From the human T2T-CHM13v2.0 reference genome, Homo sapiens, in NCBI RefSeq assembly GCF_009914755.1, contig NC_060934.1: a stretch of DNA of 64,000 bases, one strand, 5' to 3'. This document shows, one piece after another, positions 35,973 through 54,577 of this stretch. The position numbers and the translations under genes were made by a program. The notes below the pieces were generated by a model. The model ran no database searches and had not been told where the DNA came from. It saw only the letters and a program-made list of their open reading frames with translations. Within the stretch, counting starts at the first letter, position 1, and the number at the start of each line of letters is the position of its first letter.

Positions 35973-37178
35973 GGGCGCAACGGGCTCTGCTGCGCAGCGT
36001 GGGGCACCTTGCAAGGCCCCCAGGAGTGACTTCTGGATTTCCTGGGCAACTCCAGACACGGGGAGGAGCCGCCAACCCCTGCAGCCAACTCTCAACGCAT
36101 CTCAGAATTAAAGGGAAAGAATGACACCCCCACAGCCATCAAAACCGAAGTCCTTGTTTCCTCCCCTGGCTGGATGCCGGGGGTTGGAGAAAGCCCGCCT
36201 TGGCAGCCGTGGCGGGATCTGTGATGCAGGCAGGGCCCTCCAGGCCCCGTGCAGGTTTCATCACCTGCGGTGCGCACCTTCCCGAAAGGGTGGCGTGTGG
36301 TCAGGGGTCTGTGCGGAGACCTCCTGGCTCTCCCCACACGCGGTAGGTATTCATGCAGCCGCGTCACGCGGAGGCCCCACTCCGTGCGGCCAACACAGGG
36401 TCTTCCAGCCCCTCCTTCCCTGGCTATGTAACTTGTAGCCTCATTCTGGGAACCTTCCCCAGCTACGTGACTTATACCTTGATTCTGGGAACCACAGAGT
36501 TCAGACCTTGGTGCTGAAATGGGAGACGTCCCCCCTGCCCCCCGCAACACCCCACCCCGTTCCTCACCCACCACCCTCGACACTGGGCTTTTCTCAGAAT
36601 CCAGAAAGCCCAGGGTACCCTCTGCACGCGATCACCTGCCCTCAGTGGCCACAGCAAGCTGAAGTGTCCCTTCCCCCTTTTCCTGCCCGACGCCTGCAGA
36701 ACCAGGACGGAGCGGCCCTCTTGGACGCCTTCTTCACCTCAGGGCCCTCCCAAAAAACAGTTTCCAGAGTTTCCCAGACGTACCCTTCGCTAACCCATGC
36801 TCTCTCCCATTCTCCATGCAAGAAAAGAGTGAGACCTCCTTTTCTGGAAATTTCTAAAAATAGGTGAGAAGTGCATCTATTAGAGCTGGAGGACTGGGGA
36901 CTGCCCAGAGAAACGTCTCCTCCAGCCAGCGCTGTCCGCTGCCCCAGTCAGTCCCCCGCTGAGTGGTCTGAGTGGCGCTGGTCATCTCAACAGGGTGGAC
37001 CGGCCACCAGCCATGCCCCTAGGTCACGATGGCCCTGGGCACTTTGACATTTTCCCCACCCGGCTAAAATTAAGATTGAACTGCCCTGGGAATAGGGCCC
37101 ACGTGCTGTGCTTGCAGGGACCCATGGGTTGTGTTGTCTTCTCTGAGACCATAGATGGAACACTCCAGATGCTCTCTA

Positions 37179-37570
<392 letters not shown>

Positions 37571-38690
37571 AACATTTTTTTTAAGAAAGAGAGAAAGAAG
37601 GAGACATGGGAAATGGTTGGGGATACTTGAAAACCTTCCTGAAAAAAGTGAAGTCGAAGCTGAGCTTCAAGGACCAGCCAGATTTTTACCAGGGCAGGGG
37701 ACAGCCCAAGCAAGGACGCAGGACCGGGAAGTACAGAAAGTGCTCAGGAAAGAGCAGAACTGCAAATATTAAAGCAAGAGAATCAGCAAGGGACTAGAGG
37801 GCAGCGGTCATTTGGGGGCCAGGTAGAAGAATACAGCACTGGAGGGGCTGAATTTGGGAAGCCATTGAGCGTTTTTGAGTAGGACTTGGCTGTGAGGGGT
37901 TTCTCAGGCAGCCCAACACCTGGAAACGGGCTCAATTCCTGCTTTCCCACTTACTAGCAACAAAGGAATGGAGTCATTATTACGGCTGCAAGGTGTCCCT
38001 GAAATTCACATATGCCAAGCCTCCTGGTCCTTTTCCACTAATGTAGGAAAAAAGAGAGAACTCAACAGCCTTATGAACAGTAATTGACTTCAGAGCCTTA
38101 ATGTGAGCAGCATCAGAAGTTTCCACGCTGAGCCTCCCACGAATAAAGCATGACAAACTGCCCTGTTTCCTTCTCAAATGTGCTAACCAACAAATCAAAC
38201 CTTGGGGTGAAGGACAGGTCACAGCTCTGCCCCTCTCTGAAATTCAGAAGCTGCTCCAACAGGATTGAAGGAACCTGGGCTTCCCACGTCAACCTCTCAG
38301 CTTCTGTTCTCTCCCAGTATGGCTTTTATTGTGAGAACTGGGTCATCACAAAACCATCTGGAAATGCCTGCCAAGAAGGCTCCTTCCCCAGAGTACCCGC
38401 AGCAAGCCCAGGTGAAATGGAAGGCCTTCGAGATAGCACACAATGCTGTCTGCGGATAGTGATCAGACCCCAGAGAGGGTGGTCAGGCTAGTGCTGAAAT
38501 GTCACATTACCCTGGCGCATGCCCATCCTCCTGTTTCAGTTACGAGATACTTTTTCACTTATTTAAAGATATCTGGCCAACGCCGCCCTACGACATCTCT
38601 TCAATGGGCAAGAAAAGGAAGACTACATGTTTACAAAATATATTTAAATATTTTTCCCCTGATCCAATGTTGATGGCTTTTTTCAAATAA

Positions 38691-39048
<358 letters not shown>

Positions 39049-39297
39049 TAACCTGAATTTTATTAATGTACCAAAGGAACTTACTACGGAAAAGTACCTT
39101 TTAGCAAATGCATTTATGAAATGAAGAATTATTTTGCCCTCTTAGAAACACTTCAAACATTTGTGTTTTCTTAGAACAACTTTTAATGCAATGTAAGCTA
39201 GAATGACTTCTTCATTCTGTAATTCCACTTATTAAATTAGATGACTTCTTGCTCATATGTCATATTGCATGCTAGCGTCAGATCTTAATTGCTTAGC

Positions 39298-40120
39298 CTG
39301 TTCAATTGCTGACTCTAACCTGGCCTGTTCCTCTTTGGAGCTCGTAAACACTTCTTCCCGGGAGAGGAAGGACAACAGAAAGTCAATGAAAATTAGAGTT
39401 AATTTTGTTATTTTTAGTAGATTTTGGAAACGGACTGATGAAAGATGAAGCTCAAACCGATTATGGAATTATGTCTGTGTATCAATTATCCCTGCTCTCC
39501 TGACATAGTTGCTTGAAAATGGGCACATGGAAAAACCCCATTGAGAATAATTATTCCCCCAGCATAACACACGGTTTACAAGGATGGCCCATCTGCTCGG
39601 CCTGGGGGTGTCAGAGAGAGGAGCAGCCTGTATCCTGTGGCCAGGTCTGCCTCTCACCTGCACGGCCTCGACTTTCCTCTTTGTCACTCGTGACAGTTCT
39701 GGCTAAAGGCTTCCAAAGAAGACTGAAGAATGACATGAAGATGTGCAAAATGACGACGTCTGTGTAGTATGCGTCCCGTGGCATGATCTCTTTGTGGCTT
39801 CTGAGTTTTGCTTGAATGTAGGGCTTTTGTCTGTCTCCAGCAGAGATGATGCTTTAATCTATGTCCGCTGTGCCCATGGCATTCTTCTATTTGGGGTTTT
39901 GTTGATACATGGAAGCACCGAATCTTTTCATACACATAAAACAGCACTTTGTAGTTGGCATTTAGTAATTCTTCATGGACACTTGAGAAAGATTTTGATG
40001 CTTTCCATCAAAATCTTGATGGATTTTTATGAAGTTTTCAACCTTTTGCTAGGAAACACAGCTTCTATTTTGCTATCATTCTCCCTGTAGCCCTTCCTCT
40101 TCGTATCTATCAGTTCTCTC
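39298..40120 (-). pseudogene. Possible decayed coding exons of an unidentified gene (exon A ~40120-39658, exon B 39357-39298)
   Basis: Canonical CAG|GTGAGA donor, 300-nt intron with pyrimidine tract, 60-nt phase-0 segment encoding EEVFTSSKEEQARLESAIEQ; five stops in exon A frame and both exon B splice sites non-canonical. Confidence 0.3.
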
Positions 40121-40389
40121 TACTTAGATGAATATTTAATAAGGTGAGATTTCCACATTTCTAATGAGATTTCCACATTGCTCATGTTTATTACAATTCC
40201 TTAAACTCTCATAAAGGTTGTGCTTTTCCCCAATACTAATTTAATAACCTTGAAAATGGTCAACAATATGAGCACAAGTCCCCTAATGGGCTTTATAGAG
40301 AGCAAACTCATGGAAAAGGTACTGCTACACCAGGCAACCAGAAACTCATGAACAGCCCTGGTGAAAAGCAGACAGCAGTAGACCTAGAA

Positions 40390-40520
40390 TGATCACTCTG
40401 CCACTCACTACATGAGTGAGACAGAGCAAAACATTGAATCCTTTTGAGCCTCAGTTTCCTCATCTGTGCAATGGGAATAACAACACCTTCCAAGGCTGTC
40501 GTGAGAATGAAACGTGCGTG
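40390..40520 (+). mobile_element. MIR
   Basis: tgagcctcagtttcctcatctgtgcaatgggaataa MIR core. Confidence 0.8.
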
Positions 40521-40781
40521 AATCAGTTTTGTAGGCTATGAAATGGTATAAAGATACAAGGTGATATTATTTATACACCTGAAATGTGAGAAAGAGGGTG
40601 TCTAGGCTTTTTAAAGAGCTTAAGGAAGAGGACGGGGGCGGGGGCCTGAGACAGAAGATGATGAGCCCAAAGGGAAGGTGAGGAGCCAGCACTTAGTAAT
40701 AGTAAACACATTTACCTCATGAGTTCTCTCACATATGTGGAGACTATGCACCTAATGCCACAGGGCAATGGCACGCACACG

Positions 40782-42005
<1,224 letters not shown>

Positions 42006-43065
42006 TGAAGTTCAGGGAGCGCTGAATGTCCACACAATTTGCAAACACTTCAAAGTGAACGCCCGACATCATCAGCCCGTTAACGTCCAGGCCATGTCCC
42101 ACATAGAGAACGCTTTACTTCCACGTCTCTCCATACGTAGGTCCTGGTCTCCTATCACATTGCCACGTAGCCCTCCCTTCCCTTCCCCCTACAGGCCCTC
42201 TTCAGGGCCCCAGTCCCCCTCTGAGACTCCCATGGATCATTCCTGTTTCTGTATCAGGCAGTGATTTAACTCCTTTTTTGTTTATACTCTCCCATCTCAA
42301 GCACTCCGAAAAGAGAACCTGGCCTTTCACAATGAAATAGAGGTGATGGATGGATGAACGCATTTAATAAGTGAGATGCCCGGCAGATGGTTTCAAACAA
42401 GGTTCCCGAGTGGAACCAGAGTCAGTGCTCAGCTTGTTAAACAAAACAAATAATGCCCAGCGGTGGTGATTTTTCAGGTCATCATCATCGAGGTAATATT
42501 TGAGGCCAGGGTGATGAATGCTTTTGCCCAAGGAGAGCTGTCTGAACCCTGGGCTGAAGATTCAAGTTTGGGAAAATTACTTACATTTAATGGATGATCC
42601 AAACAGCCAGATGCCTGAGAAGTGGATAAGACTTACGAGAATACAGCTTTAGAATCGTGGTGGGAATAGAACCGAGACACCAGGCATTTAGAAAATAAAT
42701 GGGGGATGAGATAGTGAAGGCAATAAATAGATTTGGCCTGCTACAATCTCACGTGAACCATTTTGAAAGTCAGTAAGCATTTTAAGAAAAGCCAAGAAAG
42801 AAAAAAACTCTCTTTTTCTTATTGCTTTATATTCCCATAACTGGTTTATTCTGGACTCTCAACTTAATGGGGCAAAAACATGAAATGGTTTTATTGCCGT
42901 CAGTATCTGTCCCAATGCTTCTTCGTTGAATTTCCATTTTCCACAGAGTGGCAGTACATCAGTGATCAGATGGGCCAGATTTAATAATTTTTCTAACATC
43001 TCACATTTTTTACTTAATAAGCAAATTAAATTAGACTAGCCTAATAACCAGTCTCGTTTTTATAG

Positions 43066-44400
<1,335 letters not shown>

Positions 44401-44953
44401 TTTTAAAAATTCAGTCCTAGGCATTTGAGAGCTTCCATTTCAAACTCAACTGCCCGCCCATCAGCCCCTCACCTTCTCACTCTGCCCCTCGCACCAGAAC
44501 TTTCTGTGCCCTTCCATGTAGAGACTTGGGAAGTGAAGGGTCCCCTTCCATTGCTTTGGAGGGACTTGGAGAACTGGGGTGGGTAGAGTTGTCCCATCGT
44601 CTTCCCAGACTCACTGAGCTTCCAGTGCTTCAAACCTCAAAGGAGCAGATCACTCCGGTGAACTCCACAGCCTGGCGACAGGCACAAGTTTCACAGGTCT
44701 ACCCCTAACCTCAGTGCGAGAGGGACAGAACCAGATGTGGCACCATCCTCCTGGATCCCAGAGCACTCACGCTGACGCCTCTTACCAGGCCCAGCTCTGT
44801 GTGGCCTGGGAACATCTGTGTCATCTGTATCTTAGCAAGAGTCCAGCTGGAGAGAGATGCTGAGAGCCCCATCTTGCTGAACTCTTTATGAGTGATTGTC
44901 TCAGGACACGCCTCCTTACTTAGCTTCAGGGATCAAAGGGACCCCTTCTCCTT

Positions 44954-45178
44954 TGTGATAGGAAGAATTCTAAGACAGTCTCCACGATCCCCACTCCCCA
45001 CCCTGGTATAATCATGTATTCCTTCCTCTTGAGTATGGATGGAGCCTGTAAATATCCGTAATGGAGCTCGCTTCCGTGATAATATTACATCACCTGGCCA
45101 AGGGATAGCGCGGATGTGAAGTCCTAATCAGCTGACTGTGTGACCATCAGAAGGGAGACTGCCCTGGGTAGATGGACA
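44954..45178 (+). mobile_element. MLT1-type LTR 5' fragment
   Basis: tgtgataggaagaattctaaga...gtcctaatcagctgact...aagggagactgccctgggt. Confidence 0.6.
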
Positions 45179-46262
45179 AGGAGGAATACCTCCTTCCCAG
45201 CTCCTGTCACCAGGAACACTGACTGTACCTCCACATGGCTTAGGACCCAAAAACCTCCTTAGTTTGGAAATGAGGGTGGGGTTGGGGTGTCATTGGTGGT
45301 AGAGTCAGTTCAGGCCTGCCGACCTCAGGAAGCCCTAGGATGTGGTGAGCTCCTGGTGACATCTTGAACTTGGACTGTAAGAGCTAATGAGAACCTTTGG
45401 CCCTGAGGTTTGGTCCTATGTTGCAATTTTAGGACAACAGGAAAAATCCCACTTAACATTTTATGACGGGCAGTGGATGGCAGCGTTTGGTGTGTTTCTC
45501 CCTTCTTTTCCTGTTGTGGTTCTCTGTAGGAAGAGTTTTGTTTTTTTTTAAATCCTACTTACCAATTTAGAAATTGAAATAAGATATGTTAAGTGTTTCC
45601 GGGAATTGTCAGTAAGGGTCCTCCATCGTCCCCTCCACCAATATCGCAACACGGAAATACAGCGGAGACTGAGTACCTGAGAGCCTGCTCATAACTAAGG
45701 TGCTCTGCCCAGAACCCGGCGCTGGATCTGTAAAGCTCAGGGACACACCTAGGTCTGCTGCCACACTAAGTGGGCAGCTCTCCTGCTGCTGATCCCCTCT
45801 GTCCTGACCCTACAAGTGGGATAAAGAGCTCAACTCAGAATTCAGAATTCAGGAAATGAACACCCTTCAGTTCAGGGGCAGATGGGAAAGGAAGTTATGT
45901 CATGAGTCACCACTGAATTCATTGTATGGAAAAATTAGAAATCTGGTATTATGAAATACCCGAACTGAAAAGGCTCGACAACAATAAACTTCCCAGAAGG
46001 GTAACACCAGCTCCCAGCGTGCGCCAGGTCCTCTCCGCACGGTGCCCATCTTCCCTTTCCGATGGGCCGCCTCCTATGTCTGTAACACAAACAGAACTGG
46101 GTTTCAGTGGGGACCCCTGCTGTTACCTGGCACTCACCTGAGGCCAATGTCACTCATATTCAAATCTCCTGAAAACAAAGTTCACCCGCAAAGCACTCGG
46201 GGAGAATGTAGGTTTTACTGGAGGTTTGGCGGGAAGCTGGAGGTTAAAGGATGCCTTACCTA

Positions 46263-46600
<338 letters not shown>

Positions 46601-47009
46601 GCCTCGCTTTCTCTCTGCAGCTGCCTTACCTTGATCTCCCCAGATACTGCAGGGTTCCCAAGCCAGTTTCAACATCCTGCCAGAGTGGCCTACTCCATCT
46701 GCAAACCAAAAACTAGCCAGAGGTCAGCAGAAGCAAAACACATAGTCCTCAGCAAAATTTTAACTGCAGTCACTTCTCAGGCTTATCTTTAGGGAAATCA
46801 TCCTACCTGTTGCTTCATTTGCAGAATCACTTATATTCTATCTGTGGATTAATTAATTGTTAGCCATGAATGGCTTCCCATCTGATTCTTGCCTGTAGCC
46901 CCCAACCCCTCCTGGACTATAAGTTCCATGCAGGCAAGGGAGTTTATCTCTGCTGTTCATGGTGGCATCTCTCGGAACTTATGCACAAACAGCACAGAAC
47001 AGACCACAA

Positions 47010-49247
<2,238 letters not shown>

Positions 49248-49524
49248 TAACAGCTGCATAATATTTATTTAAACTTCTCCCTGATTTGGGGTATTTTGGT
49301 TGTTTCTAATTTCCTGACAGTATGGAAAAGGGAGACAGTGTGTACATATCTTTAAGCATAAATCTTTGTGGTTATTTTTTATTTTTTCCGTAGAAGCCCT
49401 AGATATGGAATTATAGGGTCAAAACACATAAACATTTTAAGCTCTTGAAATATTTTACAAAATTGCTTTTCAGTTGTTATATCAACTTATGTTCCCACTA
49501 ATTGTATTTAAAATTGCCCACTGG

Positions 49525-50130
49525 AGCCGGGTTCAGTGGCTCATGACTGTAATCCCAGCATTTTGGGAGGCCGAGGCGGGTGGATCACGAGGTCAGGAGA
49601 TGGAGACCATCCTGGCTAACATGGTGAAACCCCATCTCTACTAAAAATACAAAAAATTAGCCGGGCGTGGCGGCACGTGCCTGTAGTCCCAGCTACTCCA
49701 GAGGCTGAGGCAGGAGAATCACTTGAACTTGAGAGGCGGAGGCTGCAGTGAGCCAAGATCGTGCCACTGGACTCCAGCCTGGGAGACAGAGCGAGACTCC
49801 ATCTAAGAATAAATAAATAAAATTGCCCATTGGCTAGACATGGTGGCTCATACCTGTAATCCCAGCACTTTGGGAGGTCGAGGCGGGTGGATCGGTTGAG
49901 GTTAGGAGTTCGAGACCAGCTTAGCCAACATGGTGAAACCCCATCTCTACTAAAAATACAAAAAATTAGCCGGGCGTGGTGGTGCACGCCTGTAGTCCCA
50001 GTTACTCAGGAGGCTGAGACAGGAGAATCGCTTGAACCTGGGAGGCTGAGGTTGTAGTGAGCTGAGATAGCACTACTGCGCTGCAGCCTGGGGGACAGAG
50101 CAAGACTCCATCTCTAAATAAATAAATAAA
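49525..50130 (+). mobile_element. Two tandem sense Alus (49525-49817 Sc/Y-like, 49832-50130 AluS)
   Basis: TAAAATTGCCCA at 49509, 49818 and 50131. Confidence 0.95.
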
Positions 50131-50615
50131 TAAAATTGCCCATTTCTTTGCACTCCTGCCAGCATTGAATATTAGAACCTGAAATATATTTTCTAATTTA
50201 TAAGGTGAGAATATTGTGTATTATTTAACATTTTTATTTTTTAAATTACTAGGTAACCTAAACCCTTTAAAATATAATAACACACACTTACACAGATATA
50301 CGCATGGCTAATTACTAACCACTTTAATTTTCTCTTTAAGGAAATTTTCCCACAGACTTATTAGGGTTTTCTTATTAATCTGTGTGTACTCCTAAAGATG
50401 CAATTAAATCTTGGATTTGTTATGCAGAGTTCTGTCATTTCAGATTTTTTTTTGTCTTTTAGAATTCTGTTTGCAATATTTTTAGTTACCAGAATTTTAA
50501 AAATTTTTATGTAATCTAATCTAATGGTCATTTCCTTCCTGAGTATTCTGTTTCTTTTCTTTCCTCACCTTGAGATCACATAAATATTTGCCTATATGTT
50601 CCCCTAATTTTAAAA

Positions 50616-50917
<302 letters not shown>

Positions 50918-51494
50918 TAAAATTATTTAATGTAGCTAGAACATCTTTCAGCATATAATGACAGGTAAGGGCTTAACTTGATTATCTTTTCAAATTACTA
51001 CGTTTCTTACCTCCATTTATTGAGACTCCATCTCTTTTTCATTTATTTTTGATGACTTTTATCACATATGAAAGTGTACACTACCTTTTCCTGGGTTATA
51101 TTGTTCTATTATGATACATTTCATCAGTAAAGCCTTAGACTATGTTTCAATAATAAATAGGTCAATTGCCCATATTTTTCTTCATTTTCTTAATTTTGTT
51201 AACTTTTCTCACCTATTATTTGTTCAATTTGTTCAGATACACTTTAAAATACTTTCATTTTAGCCTTACAGGGTAGGCGTTAATAGCCTCATTATATAGA
51301 TGAGGAACTGAGGCTCAAAAAGGATAAACAGCTTGAGGTAATAACAAATCATGTCTTTTACATCTCCCCTGTCAGATCCAAACTGCTGTCGATTTTTTAG
51401 TAAAGTTATGAAATTTTCTTACCTTTCTTTCTCCTTTCCTGTCTGCCTCCCTCTAGTGGTCATGATATATATTACAATATAGTACAGTTTCTGA

Positions 51495-51797
<303 letters not shown>

Positions 51798-52120
51798 TCT
51801 GAAGTCAATTTTATACAGTAATTAATATACTCCTTTATAACATGAAAAGACATAGCTTTTCTTTTTAGCTTACTTTAAAATTCTTAACCTATATAAAGTT
51901 CATTAATATTTCTTTAATATTTGGGGGTCATGTATTATCAGGATTTTCTTAGCAAAGACCAGCCTCAGAAAACATTTATGAAAAAGTCAAGTGACATTAC
52001 AGTGAAATTTTAAAAATTTCATAAGTTTTAAAACTGTAACAATACAAAGACCCTCCAGATATTTCTTTGTTCATTTCTTTTCCTATGGACATTATCTAAG
52101 TACTTTCATAAATAACTATC

Positions 52121-52412
<292 letters not shown>

Positions 52413-52961
52413 CAAATAACCATCTTTAAATTTCCCCCTGTAAACCATTTCTTTTCCTCTGACCTGGCTTCACTGTCCTTTCTCACTTTTTAGTCCCTTT
52501 GTGCATTCAGTTGTCATAAAGGTGCATAGGCCAGGGGGACATCAGGGCAGTGGACCAGCCTGAGCTAACTTTCTGGCCAGGTCTGTGCCAGGCCACAGGA
52601 GGGCCACCTGATCATAATTCCCATAAAGATTTAGGACATGCTAGCAGGGGCTGGCCTCACATCCCTAACTGCCTGTTGGTTGAAGCCTTCTCAGTCTCAT
52701 TTTCTTCCTTGTTTATTTTCTGCTTCTATTTTTCTGCCTTTTTCTTTTCCCCTTCTTCCTTGCCAACCCCATCATCCTTCAATCTCATCCCTCTCATTTC
52801 TTTTTCAACTGTAAGAAAAGGCACCATAAAAGTTTAACCAAGCAAAAAGAATAATAAAAAGAAAAATAATTCTAGGAAGCATTTATCAACATTTATCAAA
52901 ATTATCATTTATCAAAATCAAGGGAAAGTTTTTTTTTTCTCTTGATCTGATTTCCTTAAAG

Positions 52962-53294
<333 letters not shown>

Positions 53295-53999
53295 CTATAG
53301 GTAGATGTTTAATATTACCATTTATTATGTCACTTCATGATAAATGCGTTCATATTTAACACAACATGAGACAAAAATGTAAGAGGGAAAATAAAAGAAC
53401 ATAACCAGAAAGCTTAGGTTTATTATTCACTGAGGATTAAGGATTGTCAGAGTTGATTGTCTCCTGGATTTTGTTCAGAAAGAGAGGATAATAATACTGA
53501 CCCAATTAAGTAGCATGTTGGGTAGATTAAAGTGCTTTGTAAACATTAATTAAAGATGCAGGGAGTTAGGTGAGGCCAATGTGTTATTAGAGGAAAAGTT
53601 TTCTTCCCTTTAATCAGGTATCTCTTTCTGGGGAGGGCAAAGAAATGACCTCAGGACTAAGGCATTGGGGCTCAACCCTGAGTGGGGCCAGTGACTCAGT
53701 CATTCTGTGCAACCATTTCCTTCTTAGTTTTCTGTAAAATGGGAAGCAACACAAACATTTTGGGAATCTAGGTTGTTACAACGTTTGTCATTTGAGTATA
53801 TAACAAATCCTACAATTAATACAACCCCATAACTCTTGCTTTCTCCCTGCCTACTGAGTTAAACCCAGTAACATTAACTTCCACCAACTTACAAAAGCCT
53901 TCCGCAACCAGCTATTAACCTTCGGAGATATTTCCACGGTGATAGCCTGAAGAAGAAAATGCAACGAGCCATGGGGTCAAAAATTCTCCCATGAGTTTC

Positions 54000-54110
54000 T
54001 TCAGCTGTCTGAACCTCAGCTTTCCTGCTCTGTAAAATGGGGTTAAGAAACCAGAAAACCATTTTAAGGATTAGATGAAATAATGTATGTGGTGTATGCA
54101 CATTAAATGC
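54000..54110 (+). mobile_element. MIR
   Basis: tctgaacctcagctttcctgctctgtaaaatgggg...aggattagatgaaataatgtatg. Confidence 0.75.
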
Positions 54111-54175
54111 TGTGTCTGAGGGTACAGGTATGCAATAAGTTGCATCAGCATTATTAAGTATAAAATAGCCTCTCA

Positions 54176-54516
<341 letters not shown>

Positions 54517-54577
54517 TTAGATTAAATTAATGTCCCATCTCTTGCAAGCTTCAGACACACATCCCTATTGCTTTTCT

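Noticed and set aside
39298-40120. By-eye resemblance of short peptides (KRLKTS, VEAVQ, SSCHSSVFFG) to my recollection of ATF7IP2
   Set aside because: Matches are short, non-collinear and from memory, and I found no exon for the C-terminal fibronectin-III domain; no gene name assigned without an actual alignment
44900-44936. Minus-strand similarity to 5S rRNA (tgatccctgaagctaagtaagg)
   Set aside because: Only about 20 partially matching bases and no flanking 5S sequence
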